DNA from: Patellaria atrata CBS 101060
Lineage: Eukaryota
DNA: 64,000 nucleotides
NCBI GenBank assembly: GCA_010093705.1
Contig: MU006112.1
Coordinates: forward strand, 248,001 to 312,000
Reading direction: 5' to 3'
Numbering within the stretch: the first letter of the stretch is position 1; each line of letters begins with the position of its first letter. Positions 11,665 through 25,487 of the stretch are shown in pieces. The translations under genes and the position numbers were made by a program. The notes beneath the pieces were generated by a model, which did not search any database, had not been told where the DNA came from, and saw only the letters and a program-made list of their open reading frames with translations.

Positions 11665-11724
11665 CTTGTTGCTTCTTGTTGCTTCTTGTTGCTTCTTGTT
11701 GCTTCTTGTTGCTTCTTGTTGCTT
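11665..11724. repeat. 10-bp tandem repeat (CTTGTTGCTT) x6
   Basis: Direct reading; lies ~85 bp upstream of the ATG at 11808. Confidence 0.95.
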
Positions 11725-11807
11725 TAGCTCCCTTACAGTCTTTTTGATCACCTCCAATCCAAAGCATTTTCACTCCACCAAAACTCAACACTCTCACTCT
11801 TGTCATC

Positions 11808-12226
11808 ATGAGGCTCTCCCACTTCACCGTCGCAATCTCTGCATTGCTCTTTCCCACCATCGCTGTCGCGTACGTTCTCTATGCCCTCTCCAGTACCCTC
11901 CCAAAAGCTAACATGCTGCTAGTCAATCCGTCACTACTACCGTCAGTGCTATCTGTGGGACAAACTGTCCGACAGCTGCTCCATCGGATGTCATGGTGAC
12001 AAGATCACCAATCCCAGTTGCTAGCTGCACCGATGGAGTCGCTGTCTCCGCCGTAACTTCCGGGGCTACCATGACAACTACAACCGGCGGTGGTATGAAC
12101 GGCGGTGGGGAGAGCGGAGATGCTACAACCGGCGCGGACGCTCCTGAGTTCACCGGAGCAGGAAATAGGATGAAAGTCGGGGCCGCACTTGCTGCTGTGC
12201 TCGGTGCAGCAGTACTCATACGCTAG
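11808..12226 (+). CDS. Small secreted, probably GPI-anchored Ser/Thr/Gly-rich protein with 3 Cys
   Basis: Signal peptide MRLSHFTVAISALLFPTIAVA; intron GTACGT...GCTAAC...CTAG (~11870-11922); C-terminus FTGAGNRMKVGAALAAVLGAAVLIR is a typical GPI signal. Confidence 0.8.
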
Positions 12227-12574
12227 GAGAGATGAAGTTTCCTTCAAAGGCGGATGTCGTTGACAATCTTGTACTATACCCTCTAATTGTCGAGAGTCTC
12301 TTCCAAGGCAACCCCTTTTACTATCTGTAACTGGCGCATTTACCCCAACTCTTAATATCGCAGAACCGAAACATTCATCACAATGATTTCCCATCTTAAC
12401 TCGGGCATATCCACTGTGCGGTCGTGATTTCTCTCCCGTACTGTAAGCTCACCGTCAAGGAGGTCCTCGACTCAAGTGTGCTGTACTCTGCAGTACAAGG
12501 CTACCCACAAGCGTACAGGTGACCTTCACTCGCATGTAGACTTTAGCCGCACAGAGCCCCTGAATCCGTCAATG

Positions 12575-13560
12575 CTACAAATTGGCATCCCCACAAATAT
12601 TGGTAAGTCGTAATCCGCCTAACTGAGAGACGGCACGGGAAAAGTGTCGAAGAAAACACTCCTTGCTCTTATTCCTTGGTGCACATCTCAGAAATTGCGC
12701 TGGACGGTCCGTGAACCCCACTCCTGCAAGGTATTTGCTGTAGTAGCATAGTCCTGATGCGCTCCCATCGTCTATAACATTCCCGGGAACTCCAGGCATC
12801 ACCTCCGTGAAGAAATGTCCGGAATCCTGTACCACGACCGTGACGTAACTCAGGGGTTGGAGCGCGAACAGGCGAAGTGTCTTGATGGCGAGCAGTTCCG
12901 TCTACTCCTCGTTGGGCAGGCCTTGATATGCGCGCGGCTTTCGATGTACGGGAAGATCGTACTTTATCTTGAAGCAAAGATGGAGCTGACGAAGTCCAGT
13001 GAGCTTATCGAATAAGTCCGAATCCATGAGTTGCTCTCAGCGACGGCTTATGATGCGATTCCCATCGACTTTGAGATGGAGTTTCCTCAGACATGCCATC
13101 TGAAACGCAGTATGTTGGTGGACAAATTCCTCGAGCTCTTCCATGTCATCAAAGTAGAAGAGAGTATCGCCGTAAAGCACCAAAGTCGTCTCGGAGTGAA
13201 CTCGTCTGCACACCCTGAGAAAGCGACAAGTGGACAATCGGGGAGCCCTCACCTTTATCGTTCATGTGTCGATTACCGCGATGGCAGATCTCATGGCGCT
13301 TCCCGTATCTCGGCCCACCGTAGCTATCTGCGGGGAGCCGACGGAACTCTTCGTACACTTTGCGTTCTCCGCGCTGCCCACCCTCGGCATCGCATAAGTA
13401 CGCCCGAGGTCGACTTATTGAGTTTTCAACTGTTCCAGGTGCTAAGTATTCGATGTGAATTTCTTCTAGAGCACCGATTGCAAATTTTCCAGATCATAAG
13501 CCCAGTCTCTGCAGGGAGGCCGAGGAGATGATTGCACGTGATGGTCTTCTGATTTTGCGT
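12575..13560 (-). pseudogene. Disrupted F-box-like gene (LLGLPAE..IW / FLRVCRRVHSE family)
   Basis: Fragments in three frames join as HLLGLPAETGLMIW/KFAIGALEEIHIEY ... /FLRVCRRVHSETTLVLYGDTLFYF...SRR*EQLM...LTGLRQLHL...NEE*TELL...LQPLSYVTVVV. Two frameshifts and two in-frame stops. Confidence 0.7.
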
Positions 13561-13637
13561 TCTGGAACTAATGTCAGTTCTGGTCTCTGGTATCATTTGT
13601 GCGTGCTTTCGGGCTGTTGTGATTGATACCCCTGGGA

Positions 13638-14190
13638 TCACTCTACGCTTGATATAAACTGACCGCGTACTGTTGGATCCATCCTCTCATAATATTTTGA
13701 CAGGTCTGTACAGTATGTTTCGCAAGACATTTTGATGCGGGCGTAAAGCAAGTCAGGAGTATTATAAGAAGGGAGGGGGAAATATGATTGGAAATACTCA
13801 GTCACAATACACTTGCTCCACAAAAATCGTATACTCGCACATAATCCTCGCACATAGTCCCCGTACACGATCTCATTGGTATGTACAGCATAAGTCAACA
13901 TCTATCTCCTCACACAACCAGAGCAAACCAGTCGAACAAACAGCAAACTAAAAGAAATGAGTACTCACATCTTCAGACAACACAACATTCGAATCTGTGC
14001 AAAAGACGGGGGGAGAGTAAGCTATTTCACCATACTCGAGGATGTAAACGTCACGATAGCCGTCCCGAGGATCCCACGCCGGGGGATCTCTGGATCGGGG
14101 GCAATCACGACCCAACCTGAAAGTAGCCACACCAACTTGCCCAAACACAGGTAAAATCTCGGTAACGAGGAGATGGAAGTTATGTACTGT
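13638..14190 (-). CDS. Possible small two-exon gene or gene remnant
   Basis: ORF ...VVLSED is followed by a GTGAGT donor and could join IVYGDYVRG in frame, but through a weak GAG acceptor; no recognised domain. Confidence 0.25.
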
Positions 14191-14801
14191 ATGGAGTTAC
14201 TAGGTATGGTATACGAGTTAGGTTATGATCACATAAGGCAAGGTAGGTCTACAAGCAGACGAAAAAAAAATCCAATATCAACATGCAGTAACCACCAAAA
14301 TCCATCCTAGTCTAACCCACCTCCCATTCCTATAGAAAACTATGGAAAAATAGAACTACCGTAGTAGTAGGTAGTAGACAAACCCTCCACCCAGTCATCT
14401 ACATCTCAGGTAAAGTAGTGATCTAAACTCAAACTAAAGCTACACATCTTGCAAAAAATTCTCAAACGCACCCATCAAGACTCATTCCTCGAAGCTCAGG
14501 TCTTTCCCAATCTATGAAAACATTTTTCCTCCAAAAAAAAAAAAAAAATTGAATCCCGCCTATCCCACGCGAGACATACGCCTCTTTCTTTTGATGCCCG
14601 AGATGCCATTTTAGTTACCCTTATACAAAAAAAACACCCTTCAAGAAAATCGCTGGAAAACGCTGTACAAGATGCAATATGATCCGGGGTTTCATGATGT
14701 AAAGTGACAAAGGAAAATGGTCGTTAAGGTCCCTATCTAGGCGAACGCCCAACCTCAAAGTCGAACATAAGAAAAATGAGAATGCAGAAATCAGAACCAC
14801 C

Positions 14802-17800
14802 CTACTCCTCTATACCGTCCTCATCATCGGCGATCTCTTCATCCCACTCGTACGCCACCTTCTCCACTCTCATCGCACCCTTCCTATCCACATCCTCCGG
14901 ATGCACGATGACGCTAGCCCCTATGCGAGCGGTGATGGTATGGCTGCTAAGAGGCAATTCGTACTTCAAGATACCCCTAACGATGAGCTCGAACGGATAC
15001 TGCAAAACTCGTTCCCACCGTTCCGTCCCGCCCGCCTCGGTCTTATTACCCGGTTTCGCTAGGCGAATTTCTCCTATCGATATCTGCGGGTAGCGCTTCA
15101 GAGGGGTGCCTTCAAAGGTGAGGCCGGAGTCGAAGTGATATATGCGTCCCAGCAGCATCGTCTGCGGGTCCTGCGAGTCGATCGGGTCGGTCCCTTCGTC
15201 GACGTTGTCGGAAGTGCGGTATATAGACGACGATCGGGTGCGGTTTCTCCTGGATATCTTGCCGATTGAGGCTGGCGGAGGTTGACCGTGCTCTCTCCAC
15301 CATTTCTCCGAGCCCACATGCTTACTCTTGGCGAAGATATTGACATCCATGTCCCCGACGTTGATGGTCATGACGTTCGGGTTGATGGCTTGAATAACTA
15401 GGTCGAGCATGATTTCCTGTTCGCTCGCAAGGACACCCTTGATCTCTTCTACTTGGACACCGTAAAGTTGCTTCGTTGTGGCCAAAAGGAAACCAACCGC
15501 TCCTGCAACGATTAAGACGGCCATGACTACGAGAATAAAACATCCAGCAGCTTGAGAGATCCGGCTTCGACGCTGTCGCTGATAGTGTTCTATTTGTCGG
15601 GTATTGGTATTGTTTGATCGTCGAGGAGCACGAGAGCGATTCGTTCGGATGGTTCCCATCAATGGCGTGCGTTCGTCATCTGCTCCTTCACCTTCTAGTT
15701 CATAACCGGAAAATTCTCCTAGCTTGCTTGTCTGACCTGATTGATTACGCTGAATCTGACCATTCCCGGAACGTTGATTATTGGTGAGCTTTGGGCTGTT
15801 AGGGCGTGAAGATTGACGGGATGGGTTACTTGATATTCCACGAGCCTTTGCTGCAGAAAACGGTGATTCATGTTCAAATATGCCTCCATGTCCAGCGGCA
15901 CCGGTTCGTCCATGTCGTCCAATGTGGTGGTGAGCGCTACTGCCAACGCCAGATCGCATCGTAGCTCCTCGAGGAGTCATGTCAGCTCTATCCTCTTCAT
16001 CATTATCTTCATCAAACACGTTGTAGGTGTTGTTAGTGAACTTCATGCTCCTCTTTCCAGCGACGCCTCGCTGACCATCAAACACATTCCCAATCGACCT
16101 CATGGCGATCCTTGGATCGCCAATACTTGCCATGGAAGTGGTACTTGGGGTCCTGGAGTGGTGCCGACTCGGCCTAGAAGGGGGATCTGGTGGGTTCGAT
16201 TCGTATACGAACGTCTCATCGGATTCGGAGGAGTTGGCCTCCCCCACGGCGTCTGCAACCTTCGCTTCGAAAAAGTCCGCCTTCGAAGAAGCTTTTGGTG
16301 GGAAAAAGTTAGCCATACCACTTTTTAAATTGGAGATAAACTCCGGGACGGCACCCAAACTTGATGGGCTGAAAATACTCCCTCTTGTCGGCTCTATACT
16401 CTTCTTCGTCTGTACAGTTACGGGTAGACCCATATTTGGGGGCCTCCCATCAACTGGTGTACTAGATTTGATACAGTCCATGTTGAATGACTGTACGGCG
16501 GTCTGACCGACTATATTCTTATTTGACGAAGGGAAATGACGAATTTGAAGTTTTGAGGGTTTGTACAACGGTCTATTATGAAAGAGCTGTTGTCGTGGTG
16601 TCGTCAGTACTGAAATTTTGGACTTACTAGTCCCAGTGTGAATGGATGGCGCTTTACGCGCCGGTCTCTTCCTCTCTTTCTTGGGACGGATGGTCTCCGT
16701 ACTCTGCTTCATACGAAGGCTTCCGTTCGGGTCGTTCCGATTGGGCGCCGCCCAATCTCCAGGCGGGCCCATGGCAGCCTGTGGGTTCGTATTGACCGTT
16801 TCTGTCTCTACGGTCATATTTTGGGTGCTTGACTCAGCACCACTTCTTGATTTAATTGGAGTCAAAGGTGATAATGAGTCTTTGACGGGTAAGGATTGTG
16901 ATCGGGAGGATACTGCAGTTTTAGAATCGTTTCTCTTGATGTTGCTATCGCTCTTGTTTCCTCCACTTTCATTACCGCTCTCAGCGGCCTTGTTGCGCTT
17001 GTCTCCAAGGTCCTCTGTTACTTTCGTAGGTTGGTCGCTGGTTGGGGCCTGACTGAGACTCGCTTTTGGCGTCATACTGGATAAAAGTGTCAGTGGCCAT
17101 GTAAATTATCTCATATTTAGAATGTCTTCTCAAAAAGAAAAAAAATAAAAAAAAAAATAAAAAATAAAAAAAAAAAGAAAAGTGTTAAGGAGCAAAGGAT
17201 ATGCGCGCCGTGAATATTTATGGGTTGTTAGTTACCGCGCCAGGATAGGCTACGTACCTATCTTCCTCGGAAATTCCGAACTGTGGTGTATTCGGCAAGC
17301 TCGACTCTTGTACGGTTTCCAAAGTTGGTGCGAGCCCGCTTGGTCCTCTTGACGACCCCTTCATTGTTATCGGCGGTTGATCTTCTGAACCATCATTTGT
17401 ATCCTCAATATTCCCCACGAGAGACGGTGCGGATGCGGCTGGTGACGAACGTTGAACGACGATGTTAGGTGTGGATGGGCCCGGTTCAGACTTTCGCGCC
17501 GTGAGAGGAGTGTTTCGACGTGAACTTGCAGAAGGCGGCGGAGACTTGATCCGAGGTGAGATAGGCCAATGTGGTGTTGTATGTTCTCCGGGCGAAGTGA
17601 TTGCTGACTTTGACGCTCGCGGTAATCTAGACTCGGAAGCGGGCGTGGCGTTGAGCTGAGGCATGCCTGTCGAGGATAACGCTCTCTGAATTGCTGCGGC
17701 AGATGGAACCGTGACGCTAGATCCCGCGATGCTCGGAGGTCTGTTTGGACTCACGTCGTGGCTGTTTCTGCGCGACCTCACCTTAGCCGACACGCCAGAG

Positions 17801-18096
17801 ATGTTGTGGCGCGGATGAGGCCTGGCGGGAGAGGAGTCTCGGGAAGAAAAAGGAGATGCGGCAGTCGAAGCCGAAGCGGAGACGACCAAAGAATGGGGAC
17901 TTCTACGAGGTTGCTTGGAGGAGGATTGAAAAACGGGTTCGGATGTACGTGATGACGTGGGAGCAGCCTTACCAGATTGGCCGGTTGCTGCAGTATCTTG
18001 TGAGAGGTGGCCATTCCCGTTGCTTTGGTGTGGTTCTGCAGACTCGGACTGTCCACTAACGGAGCGGAAGTCTTCGTCTTTGGAAGTAGAGGTCAT
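14802..18096 (-). CDS. VAC7: Vacuolar segregation protein Vac7 (Fab1 complex regulator)
   Basis: SSKADFFEAKVADAV..SDETFVYESNP, one TM helix, VLASEQEIMLDL..AINPN, TMLLGRIYHFDS, ERWERVLQYPFELIVRG. Intron 17077-17257; probable second intron 16292-16627. Confidence 0.88.
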
Positions 18097-19107
18097 GATG
18101 AAAGTTGTCGATGTGTGGGGGCTGCTAGGTGGTAAAGCATTGCAGGACGTCAGGTCAACAAACGCGGGCTGCAAGGGTCTCCAAGGGTACGGACTGATAG
18201 GCGAGATGCCGTTTGTGGGTGGTTTGAAATGAAAGAATAGTAGTGAAAGTACAGAGTACAGCGAAGGAGGACGGGTGTAGAGACGCAGGTTCGGGTTGGA
18301 AGTGTGAAGTGTTGGCTTGAATGTAAGACTGAGGTGTCTTGTGTCCCAGGTCAGTGTGAATGGAAGCACGGAGCGAGACGCTACTGTAATCCCGCCCGTA
18401 GTGCTGGATAATCGGCTCCTTTGGCCTTACGAGCAGGCAAAGAATAATGCCTCAGAAAGAATTATAATAATGACAACGCGGCATAAGATCGTTGGTCGAG
18501 CAAAAAGCTGACATCGGATACAAATATGAACCCTCAACCCTTTGTTTCTCGAACTAGGTACAGAAATGTGAGGTGTGGCGCAGTCCAACTGGTCAACATC
18601 TGAACCTAACGCTCGTGATTTCTTTAAGGTAGTTCTGGACAACTTTACTAGAACTACATAATCATAGCCTTTCTTTTGCGAACAGATCAGATGAGCAATA
18701 AGTCTCGACCTTTTCTCTAACTGTACTCGGTTCAACGCTTGATAATGAATGATGCCACAGCTGGACAAGACATGTCACTGCTGTCACTGGACAAAATACC
18801 ACTTAGGCTTCCTGTTCCTGTTTATCCCGTCCACAATCAGCCTAGACCCGATTTATTCCCGCCCAACATGCCCCCGAATTCCCCAGACCAAGAAACACCA
18901 AACCGTAGATATATCCTACTATCCATCTCTCCTTCCATAAGGGAAGGGATACCCAAACCAGAGCATCTACCTCACTCGCACCTCATACTCATGTTCTCCG
19001 GAGGAAAGACCTCATCCACCACGCATATCCCACCTCGAAGTAAAAGTCCTCCGCACAAAACCCAGGTAAGCAAGCAAATTTCGCCATTGGAACCACGTCA
19101 CAGCCAC

Positions 19108-19171
19108 CTCACCTCCCCTCCCCTCACCTCCCCTCCCCTCATCTCACTTCACCTCACCTCACCTCACCTCC
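19108..19171. repeat. Degenerate (CTCAC/CTCCC)n pentamer repeat
   Basis: Direct reading. Confidence 0.8.
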
Positions 19172-20074
19172 CAATACCTGCCCAGCCGCCGGAGAAATCG
19201 CCGTACATCTAAATCATCCATATGAACCTCGTACCGTAAATCACCCATTAAGGTACCTTATTCTCTTCTGCGCTCGTGACTTGCTCATTTCGCCTCACAA
19301 CATAGTACTTAGCTTGTCCCGTACCGAAGATAAATCATAAATATTTCTTTCCCCCGGCCCTACTTCCTCTTGAGGCTTCTAGCGCCCTTCCGTGATATAC
19401 GTAAGGCTTGGGTTCATGCAACGAGCCGTCCGTTTCAATCTAATATGAATTAAATGACGAACATCCATCCATGGCTGGGCAAGGTGGAATTACTAAGCAG
19501 GTTTTATGAACACGAATACTTGATACTATCATAACATTAGAATCAAACAATGAAACCGGTTCTTTTCATTTCTAACTCGAAAAACACAACATGCAAAGGG
19601 TATTCCCCCTCAAACTCCAACCCAGCCCATGGAAAATGAATGCCCATCCCCGTCCCTGCCATCCCAACGCCTTGAATGCCCCTAATTTAAAGTTTTTTTT
19701 TTTTTCATCATGTCGTGAGCCTGCCAATCCTTCAACCTGGTCGGTAGGACTACATCTAGGGAGAGCAGCAAGCGAAACAGATAAATATACCCTCCCATTG
19801 TAAAAAACCCCCCATAAAATCGAAAAAAAGCCCACAAAAAAAGGTAACACGAACAGTGAGAACACAAAGATGCAAATCTGCAAAAACGCCAACATCGCCG
19901 ACCCCATGCGGTCATTAAAGTGTCGAAAAACCGGCCGTATACACGAAAACATAGATACAATTGTGTAGAATGATGAAAAACCACAAACAAGCACAGATAA
20001 CCGACAGTTCCAGAAACAAAGCTTGCCCCGATAAAGATATGAGCACAAGAATATCATTGAGAGAGAAATTACTT

Positions 20075-23000
20075 TTACAGAGCGTCGGACATAACGACGT
20101 CGTGTTGATGGTTGAGAACGTCGTCAGCTGGTCCCCAGGTGCCTTCGTAGATCGTGGCGCCAGCACGACGGCGATGTTCTACCCATTGCACTCCACCGAA
20201 TTTGTACACTTGATCGATTGTGGGTCGCATTCCGGGTTCCGGGCATATCATCCATTGCACCATCTTATCAAGTGCTTCGGGATCGTTCGGGTCGACCATA
20301 AAGTTCGGTGGCTGAACTAGTTCCTGAGGGCGACGTAGACGAGGTGAGATATCTCGAAGGAACTTGAAGTCTTCGTCCTCGGCATCAGAGTTGTACATAC
20401 TTTCGTAAGACTCGTTGCCTTTGATTCGCACCGGATCACCTGATTCGTCTCTTGCCAATGTCGTATCCGAACTCCAAGTAAGGCTGGGAACTTCGCTCAG
20501 GTCCCCCTTCCTGAGACGTTGCCAATGAGGACCATAACCAGGTAAGACCAGGTTACCAGCAATTTCGAGCATAATCATTCCAAGTGCAAAGACATCCGCA
20601 GGCTTATCGACATTGCCAGCTAAGACTTCCGGTCCAAGATATTCGCGGTCACCTTCCGCCTCTATTCCCTTATATGCAGGCCAAGGAGTTGCAATTCCAA
20701 AATCTCCAATTTTGAGGACGCCTTCCCAGTCAACAAGCACATTTGCTGGTTTAAGATCGAGATGAATGAATCCTGAATCGTGGATATGCTTGACGCCCTA
20801 GGACTTGTTAGCAGAGTACACAGTATCATAAATAATTAGCTTACAAGAGTGAGTTCTAACAAAATCTTCCAGATTCGGAAGTCATCCAAACGTGCCTTAT
20901 TTCCTACGGTGGTAAGAAAGTTGCTAAGGCTGCCGTTTTCGCAGAATTCGGTCTGAATATACAACCGGTAATCTGCCTCCCAGAAATCCGCGAAGCTCAC
21001 TACATGCTCATTTCCTTTCAAGGCGCGTAAGATCTCCACCTCACGGAGCTTTACGTCTCGGTCTCTAGGACCGGTATACTGGCTTTTGGACTTCTTCACA
21101 GCCCACACCTTGCCTAGGGAAGAAGATGGAGACAAGCACATATCAGATCCACGAATGGGATCTTCCACACGATATACATGGGAAAATTCACCAGCACCCA
21201 AAGGCGTAACGTGGCGAAATCTAGATGTCAGCGCAGTATCAACGTCAGACTGCTGAAACGTAGCGACCGATCCGTCGGCAAGAAGCGAACTATTGAAGTG
21301 CGGCCCTGAATCTCGAGGTCCTGTAGGCGTAGCGGGTGGGAAACTTGATACACTGCTATTGAAAGGTATTGATCCACGACGAGCATCGCGGATGGATAGA
21401 GAAAAGCTGCTAGCACTGGGCGGGGTGTTTTGTTCATGTGGGGTTTGAGGGGATCGAGGCTTCATTACTTGCTCCGTAGTAATAGAGAATTGTGTTGCAT
21501 CATCATCCTTGGTCGGAGAACGTGGATCAGTAGCAGATGGTGGAACAAAGGTCTCAGGTCCAAGTGACGCACGACGACCAAACATACTGCTTCTCAAACT
21601 ATTGTCCCTCGAAGCCCTGCCGCCTGCCGGTTTTGTAGGTGTTGGAGGTAGGTCATCGTTGCTAGACTGACTTTCAACCTGGGTGGATGGTGATTGGGTC
21701 ACATCATCACCGTTGATACTTGCAAAGCTGGCACGTCTATTCAACTTTGCATTAGTAATGCGGGTTCCGAAGATGCTAACACCCTTGCCGAACGATTCCC
21801 TCGACTGGTTGAATGGGTGAGGACTGAATGGGGTCGTCGGTGTGCCAAACTCAGGACGAATTTGGTTATTTGCAGCATGTCCGTGTTTGTAGGCTGAAAG
21901 GCCCATGGGTGGGAATGATGACCTCTTGGAAGGAGTCTCTGGCATTTCGGGTGCATGATAGTTCGCATCGTTTACCATGTCAGGCAGGCGGTTTCGTTTA
22001 GATAGTAGGCCACCTGTTGAGAATGCTACCGGGTCCGGCTTTGCGTTCTTAAATGAATCCGGCGTCGCTACTGACCCCATGTCCCGTGAATCACCCTGGA
22101 TAGTTCTACGGAAGGGATCCTTCGAAACTGGACCAGTAGGTAGAGACCTATTGAAAATGGAGGGTGGAGGTCGCATTGACATCGAGGCGTTTTGCTGAAC
22201 AATCCGGCATGGAGAATCAACACTGAGGTTAGAGTTGGAAGACGAGGCAGTCAAAGTGCGTGAGAGGGGATGTGGACGAGCTGTAGCTCCTCTGGGGACT
22301 ACCGAAGCGGCAGCACCTGATACATCCGCAAAGGAACGGCCAAGTGAAGCTTGGGGATCGAAATTGTTCGTCGAAAGCGCTCCATCCATAGACCACCTTT
22401 GCCGATTGCGCGATGCTTGAGTAGGGAGTGCAAAAGAGCGTTCCTGCTCGAGGTTAACCCTCCCTTTCGACAAACCAGGCGCCACTCGATGAGCAGTGCC
22501 TCGTCGAAGCGACGGCTTCCTCGATGGGGATGCAGTTCGTCTAGGCATCGGAGACGCAAAGGGATTTCGATTTGGGTCTGCTTCATCTTCGCTCTTTCGG
22601 GATTCGAGGCTCCCAGCACCTGACATTGCATCGAATACATTGAAATCACCCCCAAGGGAAGGACCATGTAAACTCCTCCTCTTTGCCTGGGGACTTCCGA
22701 GGCTGGCTTGATCAAGATTCATGATTCCATCACTCCGCTTCAAGGGACTGGACTTGACTGGTAGGAAGCACTTAGATCCAGGCGCGTTGCTTTCTGGTCT
22801 CATTTTGGACATGTCGAACTTAATTGGTGTGTCGCTAAGTTCGAAGGAATTCCGGTGGCTTGTTAGCGGTGGTTTCTGATTGCCACTCTCATGGTCCTGC
22901 TCTTGATCTATTGGTACAAATCCAGAAGAGACAGAGTCTTCTTCGGCAGAAGTCTTTCTTGACCGACTTGGAGCAGCATTCCCTTGATCCGAAGATTCAC

Positions 23001-23421
23001 TCAAAGCAGGTCGCAAGGGACTCCGCGAGCTGGATCTCGTACGCGGCAGTTGGCGCATAGCAGACGTGCGACGAAGCGTGAATTTGGGTTTCTTTGTTGA
23101 TAGTGGTAACACGTTTTCCGAATGGAATGGTGGTGTGCTCATGGAAGGCAGTGGACATCTCGGGGTTGTTGACGTAGGTCGCTCTATCTTGACGGGGATT
23201 GGCGCCAGCGGAGATGAAGAAGACGTATGAGACGTCAAGCTGGATGTCGAATTGCGGGACGAGAGGTGAAAGCGGGATGGCTTGGAAGGTGACCTTGAGA
23301 GTGAGCGGCGAAGTTTGTTTATGCTCGCGAAGCCTTCAATGCGAAAGGTGTGCGCATGTGTCGGAGATGGGAGATGGAAAGCCCCGCCCGCTTCTCGGTG
23401 TGGAGAATATTCGAAGTCCAT
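20075..23421 (-). CDS. SWE1: Wee1/Swe1 family protein kinase
   Basis: LGAGEFSHVY, WAVKKSK, LYIQTEFCENGSL, FIHLDLKPAN, LKIGDFG, EGDREY; intron 20798-20844; long disordered N-terminus. Confidence 0.92.
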
Positions 23422-24142
23422 TCCTGCAATTCTTGTTGGTTCCCAAGGTTCGCTGCGATACGGATGATGGTCTGTTTAATTACAGAAAACGTGACTTCGT
23501 TTTCTGGCGTGATGTGTTGCGATTGCTCTTTCCGTCGGGAAAGTCGCCGGTAAATGAGACAACCAGGGTTTAAGGTGTGGGTGTTGTAAGTAAGGTAAGC
23601 TGCGATGCTTAAGTTGACGTAAGACAAGGTCCGCCTACGGGAATCGGGAAATTCAACAAGGATAGAATGCACTGTAATTGTTTGCAAATATGTTGGAGGA
23701 GTGCGCTGATGGTTTGTTTGCACTTGTTCTGCTGTCCCAAAGATGTTGGGCCTCCTCAACGAGCAAAGACAGGTGGCGTGTCCGCGCTCTCCATTCAAGT
23801 CGGTTTGGGTGGAAAGGCGATCGGGAAAGCTACCGTGGGCGAGTTATATGTAGCGGCCGTTATGATTGTTGATTAGAGGGGCAATGTTGATGAACTGTGA
23901 CGTCTCAGAGAGTGGCGACCTTGGAATGCGGTATGCGACGTGGATGGTAAACAATAGGTCGTGTTGACGTTTGGGACGTGTTGTGAGGCGGCCGACAAAG
24001 CGCAATGGTGCGAATGAAAGGCCGCCGAGTTGGTGATGTTCGTATATGTTCAAGGATGTATTCTTCTGATAAGAAAGAATAATGCCCAGAGGGAGAGAAG
24101 GGTAGAAGGTTGAAGAGTTGGAAAAGATAATCGAAGGAACGA

Positions 24143-24163
24143 ACGCGTATGGTTCGGTCGCGA
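24143..24163. promoter_or_regulatory. Candidate MCB (ACGCGT) element upstream of SWE1
   Basis: ACGCGT at 24143-24148 plus a nearby TCGCGA, ~720 bp upstream of the ATG. Confidence 0.35.
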
Positions 24164-25487
24164 CTTTTGCGCTTGTCCGCTTAGCGACAAGAGCAAAACA
24201 GAGCCAGGGTCCGTTTTACTCGAGAAGGGGGGGATGCCGCTAAGCCAGGTTAGTCAAGGGGTTTACACCGCATGACGGGCTTAGTTCTCTGCAGCCAACC
24301 GTAGCCCAAAAGAAAAACGTCCGATCCAATGATTGCTTCGGAGCCCTCTCAACGGCGCGTCTTGATGAGTTGTTGTAACCTGCAGGGCTGTAGAATTGTT
24401 TCCCGACAACCTCTACTTTTGTGCTTTTCGGCGGAATATTTCGCTTCACATTCATCCGCGCGCGCTGTTGCACCTCCAAACAAACTATTCTCGGTCATAT
24501 ACGCAAGGTAAAAATAATCGCAAGCGGTTATCTGGTGGAATGCCTCCACTTGGACAGTCACAATCATCAGTTGATCAATTCGCCACAAACACAACACGTG
24601 CAAGTCACTGTTTGTTTGTTTACTTCCATTTTCATCATCACATCTCATCCCACAACACTCCACGTAGCTCCCTATCCGCGCCTCCACGACTCATTACTGG
24701 GTACCCATCGCAGCCGCCCAAAACAGACTACCATCTCCTCATCTGCACCTCCAGAGCTTCGATATCTCGACTCACTCCACTCAGGGGTCCACAAGCGGTA
24801 GATTGCAGTATAATTAGTATATCCATGCGTCATTTGGTAAATAGGGGGTGTTCATCGGCGCCCCGCTATCTTCGTCAAGTTCATGCGCTGGATATGATAC
24901 TCATCTCCCGCTGTCAATGCGCTCCCGCAGACTTCAGCAATCGATAAAAGGAGACGCCGGCACACCAGATAAAGCGTCATCTTTTCGCTATCCGGTGCGG
25001 GCCGCCCACCTACCTACAGTAAGGTAGTTCTATCTCTGACACCGTTTATCGGGTAACCAGACTTGTACATTTTTACAGTGGTATAAAACCCTCAAGTAGC
25101 TCTTTCCCTCAAAACATTAGCCAGACTCTATGTCTGGAATCATTCATAAAGGGGATTTCATTGTATAGTTCAGTTTTATATAGACTCTACCCCTTTCTCT
25201 TATTGCGCTTCTTATAGTTCTGATTAACGGGTCATCGCTCATCTCTTAGATGCGCTACTTTATAAGAAACATGTCAACAATTAATAGTTGACGACTAGTT
25301 GTCTCAAGAAAGAAGGTAGGACTGTATTTAGAGAACGCCTTTATATTTATTTTGTTCCTCGTGATTCATGTCCATATATATGACAATGGTTGCACATTAG
25401 GAGCTAAGTTGGAAATATTATAACACCACTCCAGGAATCTGAAATTAGCATTCCAGATACCTTTCTTATCATGATGTCAATCCGGGA

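Noticed and set aside
12900..13040. Premature stops rescued by A-to-I editing
   Set aside because: The same gene also has two frameshifts, which editing cannot repair.
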